Below are positions 8,870 through 16,816 of a stretch of 32,000 nt of DNA, piece by piece. Under the pieces are notes generated by a model, which was given only the letters and a program-made list of their open reading frames with translations, was not told the DNA's origin and did no database searches. The position numbers were made by a program, and so were the translations under genes. Numbering within the stretch: position 1 is the stretch's first letter; every line of letters begins with the position of its first letter. Origin of the DNA: Kiritimatiella glycovorans (lineage in GTDB: Bacteria > Verrucomicrobiota > Kiritimatiellia > Kiritimatiellales > Kiritimatiellaceae); the NCBI RefSeq assembly GCF_001017655.1, contig NZ_CP010904.1:2280001-2312000 (forward strand), given 5' to 3'.

Positions 8870-9211
8870 TCACAGCTCCGGCTCACCACGTTCTTCGATG
8901 GGAGTCCTGATCGTCTTCTCGATATGTTCCCGCAAGATCCGCAACTTTTCTCGCAAGGGCTGCACGTCCACTTCCTCAATCATGTTCCACCAGTCGAGAT
9001 AGTCTTCCGGGTCTTCTTCGATTTCCTTCACGTCCAACAGGATGCCTTCAAGGTATGCGTCCTCGCTGCGGTACTGGCTGCATGCGGCACCCAGTTCAGA
9101 TGAGAGCGTGTGAACGGCTTCATCCGCAAGACGAATGCAGTCCCGTGCCATAGGCGTCAGACAGTTCGTGTCAATCTTCTCCTCCTTCCCAACGGTCGAA
9201 ATCACCGGCAC
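8870..9211 (-). CDS. acidic hypothetical protein
   Basis: 113-aa ORF with no recognisable motifs. Its coding status rests only on ORF length in an otherwise ORF-poor stretch. Confidence 0.4.
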   Translation of the reverse strand: MPVISTVGKEEKIDTNCLTPMARDCIRLADEAVHTLSSELGAACSQYRSEDAYLEGILLDVKEIEEDPEDYLDWWNMIEEVDVQPLREKLRILREHIEKTIRTPIEERGEPEL

Positions 9212-9440
9212 AGTGACCGTACGCTGCGCGGTCCTTTTGTACGATGCATTTCTTGGTTAGGCTCCTGCCAGCTTGCCGTCATGTCCTTAGTACAGGGGTC
9301 ATCCAGGGGTCACCCATTAGAGGTTCCGGTCATACACAAAAGTTCCCCTCGAGCCGCTGAAGTGACTTCTTCATACCTTTTCCTCTCGCCAAGCTTCACA
9401 TGAAGAGCATGAAGGTGGGTTGAGGGGGGGGGTGAACATA

Positions 9441-9558
9441 ATTCGTACTCTTACTCGTACGCGTACTCGGAGCGCCGAAGGCGCGATCCCACTCCCCCGA
9501 TTCAAGGAATTCGAGTACGAGTACCGCTTCGCTGAGTACGCGTACGCGTACGCGTACG
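9441..9558. repeat. palindromic GTAC-rich structured element with a (GTACGC)n microsatellite
   Basis: A 13-bp perfect stem pairs cgtacgcgtactc (9456-9468) with gagtacgcgtacg (9534-9546). An inner hairpin gcgcc-gaa-ggcgc lies at 9472-9484. GTACGC is repeated about 3.8 times at 9536-9558. Confidence 0.8.
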
Positions 9559-9833
9559 TTGTGACGCGAGCGGACTTGCCGCCGCTCACCATAAAAATTT
9601 ACGAAGAACTTTTTTTGAGCGCACTCCGTCTATTACGGCTAACGATGGCGCGTAGGCTGAGGCGTCGTGCTTGCCCACGCGGGGCGGCGGGACGTTTCAC
9701 CTTACAAAACGCCCCGCGACGCAAGCCGTCAGGCGCCGCGCTGCGGGGGATTTTGCAAGAGGCTCTTCTGTTTTCGAGCGCAATGCTCTGCGGAGACGCT
9801 TGCGACGTCCGCAGAAGCAATTTGTTCGCGTTC

Positions 9834-10307
9834 CTATGTGAATCGATGATCCGACTTCCGGTCTGAGACGCTCTTCCTGGCTGTTTCAAGCCAACCGGTT
9901 CGGACCTTCATTTGCGCGTCGAATTCCGGCACATAGGGCTTGATGTCCAGAAGCGGAGTTCCGTCGAGCATGTCAACGTTGCGGATATGAAGCGTGCCAC
10001 CTTCGACCCGATCGAGTCGGACTACCGACAGGCCGATGGGGTTCGGTCGCTTGGGAGCACGAGTGGCGAAAAGCCCCCGAGCCTCCGTGTCCATGAATGG
10101 AACGACCTGCAGTTTGAACCCTTGACTGCGATGAAATAGGTAAAGGAGCACGATATGGGAAAATCCGTCGAGATTCTTCAGCCCGGGCTGGTACTCGTCG
10201 AAGACCTCAACCGTCCCGCTCACTCCGGCTGCGCCGGCAGGCTGGATTGGCATGCCCGTCAGATCGGTAAACGGTGTGTGAATCAGTCCTATAGGTTCCA
10301 TTCCCAT
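9834..10307 (-). CDS. trmO: tRNA (N6-threonylcarbamoyladenosine(37)-N6)-methyltransferase TrmO/TsaA family
   Basis: 157 aa. IGLIHTPF, FSHIVLLYLFH, RPNPIGLSVVRL and GTPLLDIKPY are hallmark TsaA-like motifs. Confidence 0.8.
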   Translation of the reverse strand: MGMEPIGLIHTPFTDLTGMPIQPAGAAGVSGTVEVFDEYQPGLKNLDGFSHIVLLYLFHRSQGFKLQVVPFMDTEARGLFATRAPKRPNPIGLSVVRLDRVEGGTLHIRNVDMLDGTPLLDIKPYVPEFDAQMKVRTGWLETARKSVSDRKSDHRFT

Positions 10308-10749
10308 CTTCTCCCTGCGCGAATGTCCTCGGATGAGCTTCTCAGTCCAGGGGGCCGCGTTGGTGGCGGGCCTGTTGGTGGCGGGTCTGATAACCCTTTC
10401 TAATTCTTCATTTTGAAGGACTTACATCCCACAGCAATCGGTTTCCTGCCGCTTAGGGCCTCAATTCCATCGCCGGAAAAGATGTTGTCAGCTCCTCGCG
10501 CCTCACGGAGCGTCGCACATTCCTCGACCATACCTCCGTCGGACTCTCGCGATACGAAACAGAAATTTGCGCTTAAAACTCCGTTTTTGGGGCCATAACT
10601 GACCCCCTAAGACAAAATAAGCGCTTGTAACTACTCAGGTAGCCCCACCATGGCGCTACCACTGAAACAATCGTAGACTACCCCCCCCCGAGCGCAACAG
10701 AAAAAACCCGATTTTCTTCTGGACTCGGATCGCGTGGTCTTCTACGCTG

Positions 10750-11667
10750 ATGACCATGGCACAGGCTATGGTCATTCAGGGGCGGAGAATCACGGACGGC
10801 GAGATCGCCTTGATCCGGGATTTGATGGCGAAGAACCAGGACTGGGGCCGTACCCGCCTGAGCGAAGAACTGTGCCGCTGCTGGAACTGGCGCAACGCGC
10901 AGGGCCGTATCAAGGACATGGCGGCGCGCTCCCTGCTGTTGAAGCTGGAGCGACGCGGATGCATCGAGTTGCCGGCGCGTCAACGCCCGTCTTCCAATCA
11001 TTTCCGCAACCGGTGCGTGCCTGCCGTAGAACCTGCCGCCGAACCGATTCGCTCTGACCTGAGCGCATTGCGGCCCCTGTCGGCAGACCTTGTCGCCCCA
11101 CGTTCGGATAACTCGCAGTTGTTCAAAGGGCTGCTGGGCCGATACCACTACTTGGGCCATCGCAACACGGTGGGCGAGAACCTGCGCTATCTGATCCGCG
11201 ACCGGCACGGTCGGCTCGTGGCCTGTGCGCTGTTCGGTTCGGCGGCATGGAAATGCGCGGATCGGGATCGTTTCCTCGGCTGGGATCGGGCCTGCCGTGA
11301 ACGCAATCTTCAGGCATTGACCAACAATACGCGTTTCCTGATCCTGCCCTGGGTCGAAGTCCCGCATCTGGCCAGCCACGTCCTCGGCCTCATTGCCCGG
11401 CGCATCCGGGATGACTGGCAGGGCAAGTACGCTCATCCCGTGCATGCCTTGGAAACGTTCGTGGACCGTTCCCGATTCAAAGGCACCTGCTACCGGGCCG
11501 CGAACTGGATGCGCCTGGGCGCAACGCAGGGGCGGACCCGCAACGATCGAGACCGCCGCATCCAGGCGCCGGTCAAGGACGTGTATCTGTATCCGCTCAT
11601 CCCGGAGTTCCGGCGGGAGTTGTGCGCACCCGCCTGCTCCCGAACCGAAGGGAGGGCGGGCAGGTGA
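10750..11667 (+). CDS. DUF4338-domain protein (family of Druantia DruA), IS66-associated
   Basis: 305 aa. YHYLGHRNTVGENLRYLI, ALFGSAAWKCADRDRFLGW, NNTRFLILPWV and FKGTCYRAANW fit my recollection of DUF4338. The stop overlaps the transposase start (ATGA at 11665-11669). Confidence 0.65.
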   Translation: MTMAQAMVIQGRRITDGEIALIRDLMAKNQDWGRTRLSEELCRCWNWRNAQGRIKDMAARSLLLKLERRGCIELPARQRPSSNHFRNRCVPAVEPAAEPIRSDLSALRPLSADLVAPRSDNSQLFKGLLGRYHYLGHRNTVGENLRYLIRDRHGRLVACALFGSAAWKCADRDRFLGWDRACRERNLQALTNNTRFLILPWVEVPHLASHVLGLIARRIRDDWQGKYAHPVHALETFVDRSRFKGTCYRAANWMRLGATQGRTRNDRDRRIQAPVKDVYLYPLIPEFRRELCAPACSRTEGRAGR

Positions 11668-13106
11668 TGACACGCCAAGAGGCCGAAGCGATCTACGACG
11701 CCGGCAAGGAAACCGTCGTGCGGGTACTGTTGATGATGGATGCGCGCATCCGTGCTCTGGAAGAACGCGTTCAGTCTCTTGAGAACCAACTCGCCAAAAA
11801 CTCGCGCAACAGCAGCAAACCGCCCTCCAGCGACGGCTTCAAGAAACCTGCGCCCAAAAGCCTGCGCAAGAAGGGCAAGCGCAAGTCCGGCGGCCAGCCC
11901 GGCCATACCGGCCATACGCTCGCGATGGCCGACAAGCCCGAGCACACCGAAGTGCACCGTGTGAAGGAATGCGAACACTGCGGCCGCTCTCTAGCCGATC
12001 AATCCGTCGAGGGCATCGAAAAGCGTCAAGTCCATGACCTGCCACCCCTGCGGCTGATCGTCACCGAGCACCAGGCTGAAACCAAAACCTGCGCTTGCGG
12101 CCATCTGAACAAAGCCGCGTTCCCCGAAGGGGTCAACGCTCCCGTGCAATACGGCGAGGGGATCAAGGCTGCGGCCGTGTACCTGAAGAACTATCAGTTC
12201 CTGCCCTATGACCGAACCTGCGAACTGCTGAATGACTTCTTCGGCTGCCCGATGAGCGAAGGCACGCTCTGCAATATCATCACCCAATCCCACACGTTGG
12301 CCGCCGACCCCGTCGAGAAGATCAAGGAGTTGATCGAGCAGGCCGCCGTGGCACACTTCGACGAGACCGGCTCACGGGTAGACGGCAAGCTGTGGTGGCT
12401 GCATTCGGCCTCGACCGCACAGGCAACCTATTATGACATCCATCGCAAACGCGGCCGCGAAGCGATCGATGACATCGGCATCTTGCCCGACTTCCTCGGA
12501 CGCGCCGTTCACGACTTCTGGAAACCGTACTTCGGCTACGACTGCCTCCATGGCCTCTGCAACGCCCATCACCTGCGGGAACTGATCTTTGCGCATGAGC
12601 AGCACCAGCAGGACTGGGCCGACCACATGATCGACTGCCTGCTCGACATCAAAGAGGCCGTCGATCTCGCCAAACAGTCGACCGATCATCTTGACCGGCG
12701 GCAGCTACACACCTTCGAAGCCCGCTACCAGCAAGTCCTCGACGAAGGCTACGCGCAGAATCCGCTGCCGCCGTTGCCGCGCAACGCGAAGAAACGACGG
12801 GGCCGCCGCAAGAAGACCAAAGCCCGTAACCTGCTCGAACGGCTCGACGAGCACCGCGATGAAGCGCTTGCGTTCATGTACGACTTCAACGTGCCCTTCG
12901 ACAACAATCAGGCTGAGCGCGATCTACGCATGATGAAGGTGCAGCAGAAAATCTCGGGCATGTTCCGAACCGAGGATGGCGCCAAAGCCTTCTGCCGCAT
13001 TCGAAGCTACATCTCAACCGCCCGCAAGAATGCCGTCGGCGCTATGGATGCGCTGACCCGCCTGTTCAGCGGAAACCCCTTCGTTCCGGCGCTCAATACC
13101 TCGTAG
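11667..13106 (+). CDS. IS66-family transposase (TnpC-type DDE)
   Basis: Has an N-terminal coiled coil, SSKPPSSD and GGQPGHTGHTL. Also a zinc-finger region CEHCG...CACG, then HFDETG, WWLH and CNAHHLRE. The start is taken at ATG 11667 (MTRQEAEAIYDAG). Confidence 0.9.
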   Translation: MTRQEAEAIYDAGKETVVRVLLMMDARIRALEERVQSLENQLAKNSRNSSKPPSSDGFKKPAPKSLRKKGKRKSGGQPGHTGHTLAMADKPEHTEVHRVKECEHCGRSLADQSVEGIEKRQVHDLPPLRLIVTEHQAETKTCACGHLNKAAFPEGVNAPVQYGEGIKAAAVYLKNYQFLPYDRTCELLNDFFGCPMSEGTLCNIITQSHTLAADPVEKIKELIEQAAVAHFDETGSRVDGKLWWLHSASTAQATYYDIHRKRGREAIDDIGILPDFLGRAVHDFWKPYFGYDCLHGLCNAHHLRELIFAHEQHQQDWADHMIDCLLDIKEAVDLAKQSTDHLDRRQLHTFEARYQQVLDEGYAQNPLPPLPRNAKKRRGRRKKTKARNLLERLDEHRDEALAFMYDFNVPFDNNQAERDLRMMKVQQKISGMFRTEDGAKAFCRIRSYISTARKNAVGAMDALTRLFSGNPFVPALNTS

Positions 13107-13230
13107 CCTCTGCCGCGGATGAACGGACCTCGCCGATCCTACTCGCACTCGCCCCCTCGCAAATCCAGGCGGAGCCATCCCGACTTGCCGCCATCGTCTC
13201 GATCCCGTATAGCCCATCTGGAATCGGCTA

Positions 13231-13304
13231 ACGATAACGGGCGACGAGAACGGCTCACGAGTTGGAAGCGCCTATCGTCGACCGCTCTCGTCGCCCGTTA
13301 TCGT
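13231..13304. repeat. 19-bp perfect-stem hairpin inside the IS66 right end
   Basis: acgataacgggcgacgaga (13231-13249) pairs with tctcgtcgcccgttatcgt (13286-13304) across a 36-nt loop, downstream of the transposase stop. Confidence 0.8.
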
Positions 13305-13439
13305 CAACCGTCCTCTGGGAGAGGGGTACCTGAGTAGTCACCTTATTGTTTTAATCAAACATAACGTCCACGCTCTCCCTCACCTTGACCGTCCGCGGGC
13401 AAGGTGTAGGTGAGTAGCGTGTTGTTGGGCCATTCTGTC

Positions 13440-14432
13440 TCATTGCTGTGTCCGGAGTCCATCCTGTAATTTCTCCGTGATCCGGTCCCGCAGGCTCTTC
13501 GGGGCGAGCACTTTCACGTCGGGCATCCAGGACAGGACCCAGCGTACCAGTTCCTTGCGTCCTGTCGTCTCCAGCCGCATCTCGACACGGCCGTCCCGGC
13601 GCGTTCGGAACTCCTGGGTGGGGTGCCACTGCCGTTCGGTGATGTACACGGCCAGTTTCGGCTCGAAAAGCAGCCGGACCTTGATCGGCTTCTCGCCGCC
13701 CACGATGCCGAACGCCTGCCGGGCGTATGTCTCGGGGCTGAACTCGGCCGCTCGCGTGTAACCCTGTCCCGTCGCCGCGATCCGCCGGAACCGCGACAGG
13801 GCGAACGTCGCCACACGCCCCTTCTCCGCGTTCCACGACATCAGGTACCAGTTCCCATGGTAGGCGAGCAGGTGGTAGGGGTGCAGTTCGTACTCGGATA
13901 CGCGCCCGTCGAAGGTCTGGTACGTCGCCCGGACCGCCTCGCAGCGTTCCACGCATCCAGCCAACTTCGCCCATACATCGGGATCGATCCGCACCCGGTC
14001 CTCGGGCAGGACGCCGACGTGCTCACTGAGCCAGTCGGGTTCGATGGTCACATCGCCCTCCAGCGACTCGGCAATTTTATCCAGCACCGAGCGCATGTCC
14101 AGGTGGAGTGGTGTGTCCTCGTAATGGGCCAGGAGCTTGCGGGCAAGCGCGAAGCTGAACGCCTCCCGGCGGCTGATCCGCACCGGTGGCAACATGTAGG
14201 TTTCGTCCGTGAGCCGGAAACCATGCCGGGCCTCGTCGTAGGCCAGCGGGGCGTTCTCCTCGTCGCGCAGGAAGTCCAGATCCCGCGCCACGGTCCGGCG
14301 CGACACCTCGAACTCCTTCATGAAGTCGCTGCTGTTCGGCAGATAGCCGGTCTCTGCGCCCTCGCGCACCATCTGGACCATGCGCCGGATGCGGTAATAC
14401 TGGGGTCTGGAGCCTGCCTTCATTTTTCTCAA
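13440..14432 (-). CDS. WYL-domain transcriptional regulator (wHTH-WYL-WCX architecture)
   Basis: 330 aa. The N-terminal wHTH is FEVSRRTVARDLDFLRDE. The literal WYL motif sits in LLAYHGNWYLMSWN, and the C-terminal extension is ELVRWVLSWMPDVKVLAP. Confidence 0.85.
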   Translation of the reverse strand: MRKMKAGSRPQYYRIRRMVQMVREGAETGYLPNSSDFMKEFEVSRRTVARDLDFLRDEENAPLAYDEARHGFRLTDETYMLPPVRISRREAFSFALARKLLAHYEDTPLHLDMRSVLDKIAESLEGDVTIEPDWLSEHVGVLPEDRVRIDPDVWAKLAGCVERCEAVRATYQTFDGRVSEYELHPYHLLAYHGNWYLMSWNAEKGRVATFALSRFRRIAATGQGYTRAAEFSPETYARQAFGIVGGEKPIKVRLLFEPKLAVYITERQWHPTQEFRTRRDGRVEMRLETTGRKELVRWVLSWMPDVKVLAPKSLRDRITEKLQDGLRTQQ

Positions 14433-14488
14433 ACTTTCTTCAGGGGTATGCCGTTAGATGACACACCCTCTTTTATACATTGGGCGGC
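14433..14488. promoter_or_regulatory. 56-bp divergent intergenic region between the WYL regulator and the transposase
   Basis: Both genes must start transcription within or next to this segment, which contains ttttatacat. It is conserved in copy 2 (30858-30913). Confidence 0.45.
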
Positions 14489-15868
14489 ATGGTGGATCAA
14501 GTCTATCGTCCGCGCCGGCCCAAGGCATCGCCCCTGTGGCAATGCCTTTCCGGGCATTTCGACGCGTTTCTGGAGCTATACGAGGAACAATACCAGCCCC
14601 GGTACGGCTTCCTGCGCCCCATCATCCCGGAGGTCGTCAACAAGTTCCTCGACTGCGGCGACCTGGAGCGCGGCTTCGCCCGCGTGCGCTGCGACGACTG
14701 CAAGCATGAATACCTGCTCGCCTTCTCCTGCAAAGGGCGCTGGTTCTGCCCCTCGTGCCACCTGCCTGCGCCGAAGCGGCTTCGGCAGGCAGGCCAGAAG
14801 AAAGTCCAGCTCTTCGGCGCGCTTGTCACCGAGACCATCCTGTTCCCAGTACCCCACCGGCACTTCACCTTCGCCCTGCCCAAGATGTTGCGCATCTACT
14901 TCCGCCACGACCGCGATCTGCTCAAAGACCTGTGCCGGATCGCCCACGAGTGCCTGCTCGAATACCTGCGCACCACGCTCAATCTAACCGAGGGCCTGCC
15001 CGGCATCGTCATGGCGATCCACACCTTCGGCGAATACCTGGACTTCCACCCGCACCTGCACGCACTCGTTGCCGACGGCCTGTTCGTGCGCTCGGGCCTG
15101 TTCTATGTCCTGCCCGATGTCAGCCTCAAGCCGCTGGAGGAATTGTTCCGGGCTCGGGTCATCACGTTTCTGGTGGACAAGGGGCTTCTGCCGCCCGAGC
15201 GGGCGAACATGCTGCGCGGCTGGGTACATTCCGGGTTCAACGTGCATCGCAGCCGACGCGTGCTGCCCGACGAGCGTGAAGACCTGGAGCGTCTGGCCCA
15301 GTACATCATCAGGAACCCCTTCTCCGTCGAGAAAATGCAGGTCAACCCGTCCGGCGGGACGATCTTGTACCGCTCCGGCATGAACCCGAAGATCCGGCGC
15401 AACTTCGAGGTCTTCACCCCCTGCGACTTCATAGCGGCGATAACCCAGCACATCCCGGACAAGAGCTTCCAACTCGTCCGCTACTACGGATGGTACTCCA
15501 ACAAGATGCGCGGCCAGCGGGACAAACAGGCCGCCGAAGAGGCAAAGGCGCCAGGCCAGGCCGTGCAGATCATCGATGTATCCGACCACAAGCCGCGACG
15601 CATCCCGTCACCGAAATGGCGCGAACTCATCAAGAAAGTCTGGGAAGCCGATCCGCTGCTGTGTCCGCGCTGCGCCCACGAGATGCGGATTGTTTCGCTT
15701 ATCGACGACCGCGCCGTCATCGAACAAATCCTCCGGCACCTCGGTTTGTGGGAAGAAGGGGTCCGGGTGCATACCGGCGCGGATCCGCCAACGGCCACGG
15801 TCGTCGAGCCCTGGCTCGATGACCCGTTCCCCGACTACGACACCGTACCCGTGTTGTTCGCGAACTGA
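14489..15868 (+). CDS. IS91-family Y2 HUH transposase
   Basis: The zinc-binding N-terminus is VRCDDCKHEYLLAFSCKGRWFCPSCH. The HUH motif is FHPHLHALV, and the two-tyrosine region is VRYYGWYSN. The C-terminal zinc ribbon is CPRCAHEM and the tail is HLGLW. The ATG at 14489 is preferred over the TTG at 14480. Confidence 0.85.
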   Translation: MVDQVYRPRRPKASPLWQCLSGHFDAFLELYEEQYQPRYGFLRPIIPEVVNKFLDCGDLERGFARVRCDDCKHEYLLAFSCKGRWFCPSCHLPAPKRLRQAGQKKVQLFGALVTETILFPVPHRHFTFALPKMLRIYFRHDRDLLKDLCRIAHECLLEYLRTTLNLTEGLPGIVMAIHTFGEYLDFHPHLHALVADGLFVRSGLFYVLPDVSLKPLEELFRARVITFLVDKGLLPPERANMLRGWVHSGFNVHRSRRVLPDEREDLERLAQYIIRNPFSVEKMQVNPSGGTILYRSGMNPKIRRNFEVFTPCDFIAAITQHIPDKSFQLVRYYGWYSNKMRGQRDKQAAEEAKAPGQAVQIIDVSDHKPRRIPSPKWRELIKKVWEADPLLCPRCAHEMRIVSLIDDRAVIEQILRHLGLWEEGVRVHTGADPPTATVVEPWLDDPFPDYDTVPVLFAN

Positions 15869-15922
15869 GGCCATCGTGATGGGGGAGGTTTATATCTTTC
15901 CGCCCGAAAACATCCCAAACGT

Positions 15923-15970
15923 GCTGCCTCCGGTCGGTCCGGCCCCGGGGCCGGACCGACCGGAGGCAGC
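15923..15970. repeat. 48-nt perfect palindrome, candidate IS91-type end structure
   Basis: gctgcctccggtcggtccggcccc|ggggccggaccgaccggaggcagc forms a 24-bp perfect stem, 55 nt after the transposase stop. Confidence 0.85.
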
Positions 15971-16080
15971 CAAACCCCGGAGCTTGACGTCCACCCCCGA
16001 TTTTGCCACCCTCGCACCATGAAAGCGACACGATCAGCCAGCCTCGGACCTCAACAGCGGCCCCTCACCGGGAACCGCCT

Positions 16081-16794
16081 AAAAAGCAATTTCTTATCAA
16101 GGCCAATATCCCTAATTTAATTTACGAAACAACGATTTCGACGAATTGGGTGAACTGCCCGAACCACACGATGCCCGGAGAGACCTGCACCAATCAGACT
16201 CTGGTTGTCGTCACAAACTCCACCGCAATCGGTGGAGGAGTCATTTTCTATCGCACCTCAGCCAGTTCTGATGTCGATACCGATTCTGACGGCCTCGACA
16301 ATGTCACAGAATACGATCTGGGCACGGATTATCAGAACTCCGATAGCGATGGGGACGGAATGCCGGACGGATGGGAAGTTCAGTACGGATTTAATCCTCT
16401 TTATTATGCCGACGGCGGGTTCGACTATGACTCAGACGGCCTGATCAATGCCGACGAATATTTAAACGGAACATACCCCAACGACACAGACTCGGAAGAT
16501 GACGGTATGCCTGATGGCTGGGAAGTTGCCGGAGGCCTTGATCCGTTGACCGACGATACAAACGGTGACCCGGACGGCGATGGAGTCAACAATCTGGCTG
16601 AATATCAGGGCGGGACTCATCCGCAAATTGCTAACGTCTCGCCTCCCGGCGGTTCTCAGGGAAGCCTGATTTTCCGCTACGATGATGACGGGCGACTGAT
16701 CGAATCGCACCTGAACAACAGTTCGTCCGAACTGTACACACTGACCCCGGCACATAACGTAACGAACTTGAATGTTTTTTCTACAAGCAACTGA
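16081..16794 (+). CDS. thrombospondin type-3 (Ca-binding) repeat protein with a terminal YD repeat; probably 5'-truncated
   Basis: Repeated DxDxDGxxDxxE units are present (DTDSDGLDNVTE, DSDGDGMPDGWE, DYDSDGLINADE, DSEDDGMPDGWE, DPDGDGVNNLAE), followed by LIFRYDDDGRLIES. The reading frame stays open leftward into the GC-rich IS91 end. No SD-preceded start exists; the first AT-rich-zone ATG is 16171. Confidence 0.6.
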   Translation, partial: KKQFLIKANIPNLIYETTISTNWVNCPNHTMPGETCTNQTLVVVTNSTAIGGGVIFYRTSASSDVDTDSDGLDNVTEYDLGTDYQNSDSDGDGMPDGWEVQYGFNPLYYADGGFDYDSDGLINADEYLNGTYPNDTDSEDDGMPDGWEVAGGLDPLTDDTNGDPDGDGVNNLAEYQGGTHPQIANVSPPGGSQGSLIFRYDDDGRLIESHLNNSSSELYTLTPAHNVTNLNVFSTSN

Positions 16795-16816
16795 TTGAGA
16801 GGTACATATAAATGAA

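Larger units (their letters stand above)
10627..13341 (+). mobile_element. IS66-family insertion sequence (2715 bp) with a DUF4338 gene plus transposase
   Basis: The terminal inverted repeats are gtaactactcaggtagcccc (10627-) and the reverse complement of 13323-13341, gtgactactcaggtacccc (17/19 match, GTAA-type IS66 terminus). The 8-bp flanks differ (aagcgctt vs cttattgt), so no target duplication is visible. Confidence 0.7.
13437..16078 (+). mobile_element. IS91-family (rolling-circle) unit carrying a WYL regulator, copy 1 (apparently intact)
   Basis: The left limit is where homology with copy 2 starts. The right limit is an abrupt switch from GC-rich to AT-rich sequence at about 16078-16081, after a 48-nt palindrome. 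The limits are provisional. Confidence 0.6.

Noticed and set aside
9212-9833. Retron msr/msd-like or CRISPR-like function for the structured gene-free region
   Set aside because: No reverse transcriptase or cas gene is adjacent, and there is no regularly spaced repeat-spacer periodicity.
4513-10400. Integron-like cassette array (CALIN), with small unidirectional genes and TA modules separated by structured repeats as attC sites
   Set aside because: The repeats have perfect 12-13-bp stems and lack the RYYYAAC / GTTRRRY boxes, extrahelical bases and whole-site imperfect symmetry of attC. Several gene junctions have no repeat at all, and no intI is in the window. I kept this only as a remote analogy under the repeat-family finding.
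10420-10551. 43-codon minus-strand ORF (MVEECATLREARGADNIFSGDGIEALSGRKPIAVGCKSFKMKN) next to the IS66 left end
   Set aside because: It is below any reasonable length threshold and has no SD or recognisable motif. It may be a gene remnant, but that cannot be supported.
10750-11667. DUF4338 gene as the druA of a Druantia defence system
   Set aside because: No druB-E or large helicase genes follow. The gene is enclosed by IS66 inverted repeats and coupled to an IS66 transposase, so it is IS cargo or a transposition accessory gene here.
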